From Candidatus Limnocylindrales bacterium (GTDB lineage Bacteria > Chloroflexota > Limnocylindria > Limnocylindrales > CSP1-4), in assembly GCA_049514315.1 (NCBI GenBank), contig JBEKVD010000001.1:4380-68379 (forward strand): 64,000 nucleotides of DNA, given 5' to 3'. The notes under the pieces were generated by a model that worked only from the letters and a program-made list of their open reading frames with translations, had not been told where the DNA came from and did no database searches. Position numbers and translations under genes: made by a program. Shown one piece after another: positions 41,265-51,507 of the stretch; the stretch's first letter is position 1, and each line of letters starts with the position of its first letter.

Positions 41265-43370
41265 CTACCAGCCGCCGCCACCGCCGTGGCCGCCTCCTCC
41301 GCCGCCCCAACCGCCACCACCACCGTGGCCGCCGCCGAAGCCGCCGCCACCCCAGCCTCCGCCCGAGCCCCAGCGAGTGCCGCCGAATCCACCGCCGAAG
41401 CCACCGCGTTTGCCGCCGCCGAGCAGCATGCCGCCGATCATGCCGCCCAGGATCGCGCCGCCGATCGACCCGCCCATACCGCCCGTGCCGGGACCGCCGC
41501 GGCCGTCGTAGTTGGTGAAATCCGTTGCGGCCAGGTCGCGGGCCTCATCGGCCATCTGGTGCGCCTGGCGTGCTTCCTGGGCCGCGGCGTCCGGGTCGGT
41601 GGCCGCCAGGGCCTGGGCCTGCGCGTAGTGCCGTTCCGCCTCAGAAAGCCGGGTCCGGGCCTGGGTGCCCACGCCGTCGCGACGCGACGAAACGAAGGAC
41701 CGAGCCTGGGTGATGCTGGTGCCGGCGGACTGGAGGGCCGAGGCATAGGCGGCCCTGGCCCGCGCTTGCTGGGCCGCCGCTTCGCGGATGCCGCTCAATA
41801 CCTGGTCGGCGCTCGCGTGAGCGGTCTGGGCGGCCTTCAACCCTGCGATCGGGTCGGGTGCGGCGGCCTCGGCGTCCTGCCGGGCGGTCTGCAGGAGTGC
41901 CTCGGCCTTGGCGAGGTCGGCGGGCGGAGTGGTGGCCCCTCCCGAGGCGGTAGATGCCGCCCCGGCCGCTGCCTTCGCTGCCGCCAGGTCTGCCTCTGCG
42001 GCCGCGATCTCGTCCTTCAGCTGGGCCTGGGCCTGGTCCAGCGCCGCCGCGAGGTGCTCCACGGCGTCGAGAAGCTGGTTGGCGCCTGCTACTGCCTCCT
42101 GCGCGGCGCGGGTGGCATGGGCGGCGGCATTGGTGTCGGGCGGCGTCGCGGCCAGGGCTGCCTTGCCCGTCTCGATCTGCTTCTCCGCGAAGTCGCCTCG
42201 TTTGTCGGCCTCCTCCGCGTTGCCCTTCACGGCCGCCCAGGCGGAGGGCGCATAGCCGGATAGCGTCGTGGTGGCCGCCTGGATCGCGGGTAGTCGAGCT
42301 TTAAGTGCGTCGATCGCCTTTGGCAGCGCCGCCAGGGCATCCGGGGCGGTCTTCTCCAGGTCGCGCAGGGCGTCCAGGCGCTTGGCCTGCTCGGCCACTC
42401 CCGCGGCCGCGGCCTGGCATAAGGAGATGATCTGGCCGTACATCTTCTCCTTGGTCGGCTGGTCTTCCGGGATCGAGTCGTCGAGCTGTTGCCGGATCGC
42501 GAAGGCCTGCTTGAGCTGATCCTGCGCGGCGGCGACCGCATCGCGGTAGGGTTTGACGTCGCTATCGTCGAACTCGGCCTCCGCGAACCCGACCTCCTGG
42601 TTCGCCTCGTGTAGCGCGTCGTCCGTGTCGACGAGGGCCTTGTTGGCCTGGCGGGCAAGGTCTCCCGTCTGCTTGTCGCGCTCCTCGGCGCTGAGGCGCG
42701 ACCGGCGCCACGATCGGAACCACCCGGCTGCGAGGGCAATGCCGCAGCCGACCAGGATGACCGCGATCACGACCCACAGGAGGGCTGAAAGACCGGAGCC
42801 GCCGGAGGAGGTCGACCCGCCTCCGGGGGCGGGTGTGCCGGCGGGCTGGTTGGCCGTCAGCGTCGAAACGGGAGCCCGGGCCGCGTCGATCTGCTGACCC
42901 AGGGCGGTAGCGAACGCGACGATGCCGCCCGCGTAGTCTCCGGCCTCGAAGCTGGGCTCCATCTGCGAGCTGAGGAGGTCGTCGATCTCGGCCGTCGACA
43001 GCCCGGTCGCCGAGTCTTCCCACCAGCCATAGCGGTGGTCGTTGACCGCAACGAGGAGGACCATGTCGTTTCCGCCGAACCCGTTCGCCTGGAACGTCTC
43101 CTCCGCGAGATCCGGTGCCGTCGCGCCGTCCGTGGTCGGGATGAGCACGACCCACAGCTGAACGTTCTGGTCTCTCAGCAGGTTGGCCAGCGCGGTCTGC
43201 ACGCCGGCCTGGCCCGAGCCCAGGACCCCCGTCTGGTCCGTGATCTGGCTCGTAAGGTGCGGCGTGGACTGGGCTGCCGCCCATGGCGCCAGAGCCAGCG
43301 ACAGCCCGACGGCCAGGAGCACTGGCTTTAGAGCCGCGCGCGCTCGAGCGACGATACTCATGTCATACAT
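41265..43370 (-). CDS. TPM-domain (TLP18.3/Psb32/MOLO-1, DUF477) membrane protein with long Ala-rich coiled-coil and Gly-rich C-terminal tail
   Basis: Signal peptide then the TPM domain (LTSQITDQTGVLG...LWVVLIPTTDG...GNDMVLLVAVNDHRYGWW). A TM helix follows, then ~350 aa of A/Q/E-rich helix, then GGFGGGFGGTRWGSGGGWGGGGFGGGHGGGGGWGGG. Confidence 0.7.
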   Translation of the reverse strand: MYDMSIVARARAALKPVLLAVGLSLALAPWAAAQSTPHLTSQITDQTGVLGSGQAGVQTALANLLRDQNVQLWVVLIPTTDGATAPDLAEETFQANGFGGNDMVLLVAVNDHRYGWWEDSATGLSTAEIDDLLSSQMEPSFEAGDYAGGIVAFATALGQQIDAARAPVSTLTANQPAGTPAPGGGSTSSGGSGLSALLWVVIAVILVGCGIALAAGWFRSWRRSRLSAEERDKQTGDLARQANKALVDTDDALHEANQEVGFAEAEFDDSDVKPYRDAVAAAQDQLKQAFAIRQQLDDSIPEDQPTKEKMYGQIISLCQAAAAGVAEQAKRLDALRDLEKTAPDALAALPKAIDALKARLPAIQAATTTLSGYAPSAWAAVKGNAEEADKRGDFAEKQIETGKAALAATPPDTNAAAHATRAAQEAVAGANQLLDAVEHLAAALDQAQAQLKDEIAAAEADLAAAKAAAGAASTASGGATTPPADLAKAEALLQTARQDAEAAAPDPIAGLKAAQTAHASADQVLSGIREAAAQQARARAAYASALQSAGTSITQARSFVSSRRDGVGTQARTRLSEAERHYAQAQALAATDPDAAAQEARQAHQMADEARDLAATDFTNYDGRGGPGTGGMGGSIGGAILGGMIGGMLLGGGKRGGFGGGFGGTRWGSGGGWGGGGFGGGHGGGGGWGGGGGGHGGGGGW

Positions 43371-43495
43371 CCTACCCATGCGGCGGGCGGAGATTCTATC
43401 CGCGTGACAGTCGGTTGGGCCGGATTGCCCGACGTCCAGGCGGCCGCCGGCCCGACCGCGATCCGTCGGTCCACGCCCGTGATACCATCCCGGTC

Positions 43496-43570
43496 GCGCC
43501 GACATAGCTCAGCGGTAGAGCAGTTGTTTCGTAAACAACAGGTCCTCGGTTCGAATCCGAGTGTCGGCTC
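43496..43570 (+). tRNA. tRNA-Thr (anticodon CGU)
   Basis: Cloverleaf by hand: acceptor GCCGACA/TGTCGGC, D-arm GCTC-AGCGGTA-GAGC, anticodon arm GTTGT-TTCGTAA-ACAAC, T-arm CTCGG-TTCGAAT-CCGAG. The CCA end is encoded. Confidence 0.85.
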
Positions 43571-43886
43571 CACTGCTCCTCAAGCTGTCTATCCCAGCAA
43601 GCCGGCAGGGCGGCGGCAGCCTCGCAATGCGGGTGTCGCGTTCGGTTGCGGTTGCGGAGAGACCACCCCGGGCAAGAACCTGTTCGACCGCGCCTTCCGC
43701 TCGAATGAGATCGTCCAGTCGGCGATGCTGAGCTCTCTAGGCAGTCTGTCCGGCGCGTTGGCCGCCGTGTTGTCTGCGAACGCCGCCTGGCTCGCGCATT
43801 TCGCGCGGTCGCCGTTGGCGGAGGTGGAGATGCGGGAGTCGACGACCTGGTGGCGCGGTTTGGGTGGCCACGGCTCCGCTTGGAGC

Positions 43887-45931
43887 TCAGCCCGCGATTG
43901 GTAGCCGTCGGCCGTCGCGGATGAAGACCGTCGGCCGCCCCAGTGGGGCTTCGGCCGTCACCGCCCGGCCCCCGGGATGCCGCTCGCCGGTCCACGGGTC
44001 CGTCCACTCGGCGCCACGCGGCAGGTACACCTCCCGGGAGCGCAGACCGGGCTCCACTACCGGGGCGACGAGCAGGTCCGGTCCGAGCAGAAACTCGTCT
44101 TCGATCCCCCAGGCCTCGTCATCCGTTGGGAAGTCGACGAAGAGCGGCCGCATCGGTGGCAGCCCGGTTCGGGCCGCTACCGCGACCTGTTCGCGCACGT
44201 ACGGCAGCAGACGCTCGCGCAACCGAAGGATGGATGCCAGCATGCGGTAGACGGGCTCCCCGAACGACCACACCTCGTTCGGCGCGCCCGTGTCGTCGGC
44301 AAAGGGGGCGCGAACACCGTGGAGGCGAAAGATCGGGCAGAAGACGCCGAACTCGAACCAGCGGACAAGCAGCTCACGGAAGCCCTCGTCGGCCGCGAAG
44401 CCGCCGAAGAATCCGCCGACGTCCGTCGTCCACCACGGCATGCCGCTCAGTCCGACGTTCAGTCCGGCCCGAACCTGCCGTTTCAGCGAATCCCACGTCG
44501 AGTCGATGTCGCCGGACCACAGCGCTGCCCCGAGCCGTTGCGTCCCGGCCCAGGCCGATCTCGTGAGCAGGACGAACTCCTCGACGCCTGCCGCCCTGAA
44601 GCCGTGGAAGAAGGTCTGGGCGTGGTCGTGGGGGTATCGGCGCCGACCTCGAGGCCGGAGCCGGCAGCGAGGATGAGCGACTCGTGCGTCGGCGGGACGA
44701 GCTCGGGCTCCGCGGCATCGAGCCAGAACGCACGGATCCCGATGGAGGCGTAGCCGCGCTCGATCCGCGCCCAGACGTCCGCCCGCGCCGCAGAGTTGGT
44801 CGCGTCGTAGATTGCCAGCGGGCGGAACTGGGGCGAGTCGACGTCGCGGAACGTGGTGGTCGCGGGGCCGCCACTCTTCGCCATGACCAGCTCGCCTCGG
44901 TCGAGCAGCTCCGCGTGCGTGCCCGAGAGAGGGTTGACGGTCGGCCAGATGGACACGAGCGTCTCAACTCCCAGGCCGCGAAGCTCGGCGACCATGGTGG
45001 TCGGGTCGGGCCAGAAGCGCGGATCGAAGCGCCACTCGCCCATCAGCGGCCAGTGCCAGGCGTCGATGGCGATGACCGAGAGTGGAAGCCCGCGCTCGCG
45101 GTACTCGCGGGCCACTTCCGGTACCTCGGCCTGCGTGCGGTAGCGAAGCCGGCTCTGCCAGAACCCGAGTGCCCAGTCTGGCAGCGGCCGGGGATGGCCG
45201 GTGGCGTCGGCGTAGGCGGCGAGGATCTCGCGGGTGTCACCGGCGACCACCCAGTAGTCGCAGACGTCGGTGGCCTCGGCGGTCCAGCGGGTCTCGGCGG
45301 CCGCCAGGTGAACCTGTCCGATGGCAGGGTTGTTCCACAGAAAGCCATAGCCGCGTGAGGAGAGCGCGAACGGGATCGCCACCCAGGCGTCGCGCTGGAA
45401 GAGATCGAGGAGCTGGCCTTTCTGGTCGAGGCGGCCGTTGGGGTGCTGGCCAAGGCCGTAGATACGCTCGGCCAAATCAGACTCGAAGCTCACGGTCAAC
45501 CGGTGCAGGCCATCACCTCGGGCGGCGAAGTGGCGGGCGGGCCTGTCGACTGCTCGCCCGGGCGGCTCCGCGAGGAGGGGTGCTCGTGTCCCGGCGTCGA
45601 GGAACGTCAGGCGGCCATCGGTCGACAGCTGAACGCGAAGGCGGCCGTTGACGAGGACGCCTTGCCCGCGGGAAACCGATGCCACTGCTTCGGACGCGAC
45701 TTGAGGCCCCGGCCCGAGCGGCAGCAGGGCCCCCGGGCGGTCGGGGATGGGCCAGCCGCCCGTCGCTCGGACGCGGACAGCGTGAGGTCCCCAGACCTCC
45801 ACCCGAAGCCGGCTCGTGGGACCGCTCCAGGTCAACGACCTCTCGTCGGCCACGAGGCTCCCGCCGGCGGCGACCGCGCCGTCTGCGCCGCGGCGGGAAC
45901 TTCCGAAGGCTGCATGCGAGAACGCTAGCAT
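43887..45931 (-). pseudogene. GH31 alpha-glucosidase/alpha-xylosidase split by a frameshift
   Basis: The N-terminal ORF (45931..44483) carries the GH31 nucleophile region IRAFWLDAAEPE. The downstream part, in another frame, carries AALWSGDIDSTWDSLKRQVRAGLNVGLSGMPWWTTDVGGF, which holds the GH31 acid/base Asp. The frames switch somewhere between ~44630 and 44700. A G5 homopolymer at 44631-44635 is a candidate site. Confidence 0.6.
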
Positions 45932-46157
45932 GACCGGACCACGGGACCGCCCCGTCCCGGCGGGCCAGGGGTGTCAGGGCGACCCGGCTGAGCCTGCGAT
46001 CGGCGTATGGAAGGGGGCCCCTATGATGCCGTGAGTGCCGAGTGGTGCGCGCGTTCACCATCGGTACTTACGTGGGAGTGGCTCGCCAGTCGGACGGAGG
46101 TAACTTCTCCGCGTTCGTTCCGGCCAGCCGGCCCCCACCTGTCGCTCAGGAGGCTGC

Positions 46158-46673
46158 GTGCTCATCCCGTTCATCGGGTATGCCCTCGGTCGCCGTTTCA
46201 TCGGCTACCTCGAGTCCGAGGACGAACGGTTCGCCGAGACTATGAATCGATCCGAGTCGGTCATCGTGCGCGAGGCCTTCGTCGAGAGCTTCGACGACGA
46301 CACGGTCGTGAACCTCGGCGACGGAGAAATCGATCGCTCGATTCTCTACGCGGTCGAAGCCGGCAGCGGTCGCGACGAGGACGCTCGCCGCATCCACGCC
46401 ATTCGCCACCGCCTGCAGATCCAGCTCGGGCCGTACAGCGTCCTCGGCCTGCTCCACACGCTGCCGGGGCAGATGCCTCTGCCGTACCTGCACTCCGGCG
46501 GGCCGATGATCCCACTCTCCGACGCAACGATCGGCTTCGTCAGCCACGGCTCCGTGCAACTCCGGGACGTGGGCTCGCTCATCGTCAACCGCGACATGCT
46601 CGACTGGGTCCGGGCCAACGAGGATGAAGCCCGCGCATTCCCGGGCGTGCCGGTCCTGACCGACCGAGCCTGA
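46158..46673 (+). CDS. hypothetical protein (171 aa)
   Basis: Coding-like composition and high GC3. No family is recognised. Confidence 0.4.
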   Translation: MLIPFIGYALGRRFIGYLESEDERFAETMNRSESVIVREAFVESFDDDTVVNLGDGEIDRSILYAVEAGSGRDEDARRIHAIRHRLQIQLGPYSVLGLLHTLPGQMPLPYLHSGGPMIPLSDATIGFVSHGSVQLRDVGSLIVNRDMLDWVRANEDEARAFPGVPVLTDRA

Positions 46674-46767
46674 TCGGCCGGCAATTCGCCGGGCCTCGGC
46701 CGCCCGGCGGCAAACCAGGAGCCCGGCTCGTCCGCCGCCCGGCCCGTCCGTCGGCCGCCCAGCGGGG

Positions 46768-47334
46768 CTAGAGGCCCAGGACTCCGCGGATCGTCTTGAG
46801 CCCTTCGATGACGTTCGCGACGTGCTCTTCGAACGGCACCCCCAGCTCGTCGGCGCCCCTGGTCAGCTGTTCGCGTGGCACCTGCCGAGCGAAGCCCCTG
46901 TCCTTCATCTTCTTGACGACGGCGTGCGGGTCCACCTCGTCCAGGCTCCGGTTAGGGCGAACGTACGCCACCGCGATGACGAAGCCGCTGAGCTCATCGC
47001 AGGCATAGACGGTCTTTGCGAGAAGGCCGACCCGTGGCACGCCGGTGTGGTCGCCGTGGCCGAGGACCGCTTCGACGACCTCCTCCGGGTAGCCGAGGCG
47101 CCGTAGCTCTTCAGCCCCTCGCATGGGATGGGTCTCCGGGTAGCGCTCGTAGTCGAAATCGTGCAGCAGGCCGGCCGCGCACCACGTCTCGAGATCCGGC
47201 TCGACGATCCCAAAGCGGTGCTCCGCGTACCAGCGGACGGTCGCCTCCACAGCCAGGCCGTGCTTGCGGAGCGCTTCGCTCGGCGTCCATTCGGTCAGGA
47301 GTTGCCAGGCGTCCTCACGGGTCGGTGTTTTCAT
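46768..47334 (-). CDS. HD-domain phosphohydrolase
   Basis: From the MKTPTREDAWQLL start, the HD motif is present (...AAGLLHDFDYERYPETH...). The 5' extension of the 314-aa ORF is non-coding-like. Confidence 0.65.
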   Translation of the reverse strand: MKTPTREDAWQLLTEWTPSEALRKHGLAVEATVRWYAEHRFGIVEPDLETWCAAGLLHDFDYERYPETHPMRGAEELRRLGYPEEVVEAVLGHGDHTGVPRVGLLAKTVYACDELSGFVIAVAYVRPNRSLDEVDPHAVVKKMKDRGFARQVPREQLTRGADELGVPFEEHVANVIEGLKTIRGVLGL

Positions 47335-47419
47335 GGAAGCCTCCTGCTCTGGAGCGTACCATCGACCGGGTATGGCAGGCGGCCGTCTTGCGCAAGCTTG
47401 TACTCGGAAGGGCACACAT

Positions 47420-48235
47420 ATGAGCAGACTCAAGGTAGCCCTCGTCCAGCTGGCCGCCGACGGGGACGCAGGCGCCAACGTGGACCGCGCCGCCGCGCTG
47501 ATCCGGAAAGCCGGCGCGAGCAAGCCCGGCCTGATCGCCCTGCCGGAGATGTTCCAGTACCGGGGCCCCGTTGCAGGGTTTCGGGAGTCGGCCACGACGC
47601 TGCCCGGCCCGCTGACGGAGGAGTTCTCCGAGCTGGCTCGCAATCTCGGCTCGTGGATCCTGTTGGGTAGTCTGGCCGAACTCTCGACCGACCCCATGAG
47701 ACCCTTCAACACCTCGGTCCTGCTCGATCCTGTCGGTCGAATTGCGGCGACCTACCGCAAGCGTCACCTCTTCGATGTGGTCATCGAGAACGGCCCGTCC
47801 GACCGCGAGTCGGCTCGGATCACGCCCGGCTACTCGAGTGTCGTCGCGGTCCTGGAAGGTGCGGCCGAAGGAGCCGACGTGTGCCTCGGCCTGAGCATCT
47901 GCTTCGACCTGCGGTTCCCGGAGTTGTACCGGGAGCTGACGGCCGCCGGAGCGGTAGTCATGGCCGTACCGGCCAATTTCACTGAGGCCACCGGCCGCGA
48001 CCACTGGGAGGTGCTGCTGCGTGCCCGGGCCATCGAGAATGGAGCCTTCGTCATCGCGCCGGCCCAGTGCGGCATCGGGGCGGGCGTGCCGGCGCATGGC
48101 CGCAGCATGGTGGTCGACCCATGGGGCATCGTCATCGCCCAGGCGCCGGACGGGCCTGGCGTCGTCGTCGCGGACCTCGACCTCGAGCGCGTCGTGGCGG
48201 TGCGCCGCGGGTTGCCGACGCGGCCGTCTCGCTGA
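47420..48235 (+). CDS. Carbon-nitrogen hydrolase (nitrilase superfamily)
   Basis: Glu-Lys-Cys triad contexts are LIALPEMF (E), YRKRHLFD (K) and LGLSICFDLRFPE (C). The start is MSRLKVALVQLA. Confidence 0.85.
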   Translation: MSRLKVALVQLAADGDAGANVDRAAALIRKAGASKPGLIALPEMFQYRGPVAGFRESATTLPGPLTEEFSELARNLGSWILLGSLAELSTDPMRPFNTSVLLDPVGRIAATYRKRHLFDVVIENGPSDRESARITPGYSSVVAVLEGAAEGADVCLGLSICFDLRFPELYRELTAAGAVVMAVPANFTEATGRDHWEVLLRARAIENGAFVIAPAQCGIGAGVPAHGRSMVVDPWGIVIAQAPDGPGVVVADLDLERVVAVRRGLPTRPSR

Positions 48236-48294
48236 CACGGCTCCCTGCCGGCACACCATAGCCTCGCCCGAACGCGCTCGGGCTCCGCGGGAAC

Positions 48295-49851
48295 TCAGTC
48301 CTCGTCGCCGGGCGGCTCGCCCGGGAGTGAGAGCGTGAACGCGGCTCCACGCCCCTCGCGGGGCGGCTCCAGCCAAAGCATCCCGCTCATGGTTCGGAGC
48401 AGCTCTCTCGAAACGTACAGGCCGAGGCCCGTGCCGTCGCCTCCGGCCCCGGTCGCGCCGCGCGTGAAGCGAGTGAACAGTCGCTCCCGATCGGCCTCGG
48501 CGACGCCGGGGCCGTGGTCCGAGATGGTGATGTGAAGGCGGTGGATCGTGTCGTCGGCCCGTATCGCCACTTCAACCCGACCGTCGCGGCCGCCGTACTT
48601 CACGGCATTGTCCAGGAGGGCCCACAGGACCTGGTCGAGCTGGTCCGGGTCTGCCACCGCGAGCCAGCCTCCGGCCTCGTCGCGTAGCTCGAAGTCGACG
48701 TCCGGGGCGTTGAGCGCCTCCCAGGCGCGACGAACCCGCGGCCCCAGGGCGATCACCTCGACCTCGGGCCGCAGCGCGCCGGCCTCCAGCCGGGTCACGG
48801 TCAGCAACTGGCGGACGAGTCGGGTAAGGCGATCCGTCTGCTCGCCGACGATCTGGAGGCGCCGGTCGGTGGCGGCCTCATCCGAGGCGGCCAGTAGCTG
48901 GTCCACGTAGGCTCGGATGCTGGTCAGGGGCGTCTGCAGGTTGTGGCTCACGCTTCGAAGGAACTCGTCTTTGGCCGCATCGAGCTCGAGCAGCCTTTCG
49001 TTCTGGCGATCGATCTGGCCGAACAGATCAGCGTTACGCAGGGCCACGCCGACCTCGCTGGCAAAGAGGTCGAGCAGGTCCTGGTCGGCCCGCTCCCAGT
49101 TCCTGGTTGCTGGAAGATGGCCTGTCAGGACCCCAAGCGTCTCATTGCCTGCTCGAACCCCGGCCCGCACCGGCCTCGGGTCGCCGGGGACTGTCTCCTC
49201 GACCGGAACGGTGGCGGGGTCCGCAAGTCGGAGGCGGCAGTCGATCAGGCTGTAGATGGTGCACGCGTCCAACTCGGCTCGCGTCGCGAGCGCCTCCAGG
49301 CCATCGGCCGGGTTGTAGCCCGCGATGGCGACGAGCAGCGCGCCCAGCTCTCGATTCCGTCGCGCAACCTCGGCGGCGATGCGGTTGTGACTGTCCGCCA
49401 GTCGAGCCAGCTCGTCATCGCCGGTCAGAAGGATCGGCGGGCTGGATTCGCCTGCGGCCACCCGCTCAACGCCCGCTGTGATGCGTCGCAGGGGCGCGGT
49501 CAGGCCGGAGATGGTCACGGCCGCTGCCAGCAGGCCGAAGAACGCTGCTGCGACGACGACCGCGATGAGGAGGGGGAACATCACCCTCGCGTCGGCGGAC
49601 AGCCCCGCCGCCAGGACGACGCCGCCGAAGACGGCCACCGGCAGGACGGAGGACGCGATCAGCCCGACCGTGAGAAGAGCGCGGAAGGAAGGGCCGGTCG
49701 CCGCGGCCGTGGCGCCCGCGGCGGTGGGCTCCGTGGGCGCCGTCGAGGCGGGCACGGTCGAGGCGATGACGCCGGCCGGCCGCGCGCCGTCTTCGGTCGG
49801 GGCCACGGTCGGCCGGTCCATGGCTTGGGGGTCGGTCCCGCGTTCAGGCAT
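48295..49851 (-). CDS. Sensor histidine kinase with TM segments and GAF domain
   Basis: GAF-like region then H-box SHNLQTPLTSIRAYVDQL. HATPase region NAVKYGGRDGRVEV...GLGLYVSRELLRTMSG. Confidence 0.8.
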   Translation of the reverse strand: MPERGTDPQAMDRPTVAPTEDGARPAGVIASTVPASTAPTEPTAAGATAAATGPSFRALLTVGLIASSVLPVAVFGGVVLAAGLSADARVMFPLLIAVVVAAAFFGLLAAAVTISGLTAPLRRITAGVERVAAGESSPPILLTGDDELARLADSHNRIAAEVARRNRELGALLVAIAGYNPADGLEALATRAELDACTIYSLIDCRLRLADPATVPVEETVPGDPRPVRAGVRAGNETLGVLTGHLPATRNWERADQDLLDLFASEVGVALRNADLFGQIDRQNERLLELDAAKDEFLRSVSHNLQTPLTSIRAYVDQLLAASDEAATDRRLQIVGEQTDRLTRLVRQLLTVTRLEAGALRPEVEVIALGPRVRRAWEALNAPDVDFELRDEAGGWLAVADPDQLDQVLWALLDNAVKYGGRDGRVEVAIRADDTIHRLHITISDHGPGVAEADRERLFTRFTRGATGAGGDGTGLGLYVSRELLRTMSGMLWLEPPREGRGAAFTLSLPGEPPGDED

Positions 49852-50551
49852 CAGGGTGCGTCGCCACGAGCCGATAGCCGACGCCTCGAACGGTCAGCAG
49901 GTGGGCCGGCCGGTCAGCATCGAGCTCGATCTTCTGACGGAGCCGACGCATGGAGACCCAGACGTACGAAGGGTCGGCCTCTTCCGTTGCGGCCCAGCCG
50001 CGAGCCAGGAGCGTGTCGGTCGTGACTGTCTCGCCCAGGTGCGCGGCGAGAGCGTGGAGCAGCCTGGATTCGGTCGGCGTCAGCTGGACCTCCACCCCCG
50101 CGACTGTCGCTGCCCGGCGATGCAGGTCGAGTGTGAGGTCCGGTCCGAGCACCAGCGACCGGCGTGGAACTCGGTCTCCCAGACGCCTCAGGACGCGCTG
50201 GATTCGAGCCCGCAACTCCGGGTAGTGGTACGGCTTGGATACGTAGTCTTCGGCAACTTCGTCGACGAGGCGGGCCTTGCTGTCGGCCGTGTCGATAGCC
50301 GACAGGACGATGATGGGCAGGTCCGCCTCGGCCTTGATCCGGCGGGCCAGGGCCAGGCCGTCGACCGAGGGCATCATCAGGTCCAGGATGATCAGATCGG
50401 GCCAGCCGACCTCGAGCCTGCGGAGCGCTTCAAGGCCGTCGCGGGCGGTGGCGACCTCATAGCCGTCGTCGCGCAGCTGCTCGGCCAGGACGATGAGCAG
50501 TCTCGGGTCGTCGTCGACCAGCAGGATCCGTTGCGGCCGAGAATCGATCAT
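49844..50551 (-). CDS. OmpR-family response regulator
   Basis: Receiver domain (RILLVDDDPRLL...DLIILDLMMPSVDG) plus winged-helix (LLTVRGVGYRLV). It overlaps the kinase gene by 8 bp. Confidence 0.85.
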   Translation of the reverse strand: MIDSRPQRILLVDDDPRLLIVLAEQLRDDGYEVATARDGLEALRRLEVGWPDLIILDLMMPSVDGLALARRIKAEADLPIIVLSAIDTADSKARLVDEVAEDYVSKPYHYPELRARIQRVLRRLGDRVPRRSLVLGPDLTLDLHRRAATVAGVEVQLTPTESRLLHALAAHLGETVTTDTLLARGWAATEEADPSYVWVSMRRLRQKIELDADRPAHLLTVRGVGYRLVATHPDA

Positions 50552-50682
50552 CTCCTGGCTCGCCTCCCCGAAGGCCCGGTGACTCCGGCGTCGCCCCGAG
50601 TATAGGTGGGCCACGGATGGTGCGGCTCGGGCCTTTCAGCCCCCGGGCCGACGCGGGGGGACCGCGGTGCGGCGGCGCTTTG

Positions 50683-51507
50683 CTAGGGCGCCTTCGGGTC
50701 GAAGTACCGGCAGCGCGGAGCGATCGGACAGCCCTCGCAATCGGGTCGCTGAGCGTGGCAGGTTCGGCGGCCGTGGCCGATCAGCGAGACGTGCGTCTCG
50801 TACATCTGATCGGGCCGCAGCATGGCAAGGTAGTACTCGTGGGCGCCGTCGGCGTCGGCTTGCGGCGGTATCAGGCCGATCCGAGAGCCCACCCGATGGA
50901 CGTGCCTGTCTACCGGCATGAGCGGCGTGCCGAAGCTGAAGAGGAGCACCACCGAGGCGGTCTTCTTCCCGATGCCGGGGATCGCAGATAACCATGCGCG
51001 CGCCTCCAGGGGCGGCATCGAGGACAGGAATTCGAGTGAGTAGCCCCCACCGTTTGCCAGCAGCGCCCGAAGGGCGGCCTGGATGCGCGGCGCCTTCTGG
51101 TTGGCCAGGCCGCCGGGCCTGATGACGTCGGTCAGCTCGGCGACGGGCGCGGTTTCGACGGCGGCCCAGTCCGGCGGGGGCAGGTCCGGCAGGCCTCGAC
51201 CGCCCCAGCCTGCGAAGGGGCGAGGCTCGGCGGTCGCTCCTCGGGGCGGCGGCGCGGATGGATAGGCGGCCCGGAGCGCGCCGAATGCCGCCTCGGCGTT
51301 CGTGTCGGCGCTGTTCTGCGAGAGGATCGTCAGGACCAGCTCGCTCGTCGGATCCAGGCGGCGCTTCCAGACCGGCCTGCCGGTGGTCTCGGCGAGGCGA
51401 TCGAGGACGAACGAAACAAGGCTCGGCCGCTCGGCTTCCAGCCGCGCCGCCCAGGCTCGGGCGACCTCGGAAGGATCGGGGCGGGACTCGCCGGACGGAG
51501 ACGTCAC
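50683..51507 (-). CDS. nth: Endonuclease III-family DNA glycosylase (HhH-GPD with 4Fe-4S)
   Basis: HhH motif LSAIPGIGKKTASVVL. The C-terminal cluster CHAQRPDCEGCPIAPRC is present, with a ~40-aa Pro-rich insertion. Confidence 0.75.
   Translation of the reverse strand: MTSPSGESRPDPSEVARAWAARLEAERPSLVSFVLDRLAETTGRPVWKRRLDPTSELVLTILSQNSADTNAEAAFGALRAAYPSAPPPRGATAEPRPFAGWGGRGLPDLPPPDWAAVETAPVAELTDVIRPGGLANQKAPRIQAALRALLANGGGYSLEFLSSMPPLEARAWLSAIPGIGKKTASVVLLFSFGTPLMPVDRHVHRVGSRIGLIPPQADADGAHEYYLAMLRPDQMYETHVSLIGHGRRTCHAQRPDCEGCPIAPRCRYFDPKAP

Noticed and set aside
43571-47712. Possible tRNA-associated genomic island
   Set aside because: I can see no integrase, transposase or repeat of the tRNA 3' end, and the genes (GH31, hypothetical, HD hydrolase) have host-like composition. 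I kept only the frameshift observation.
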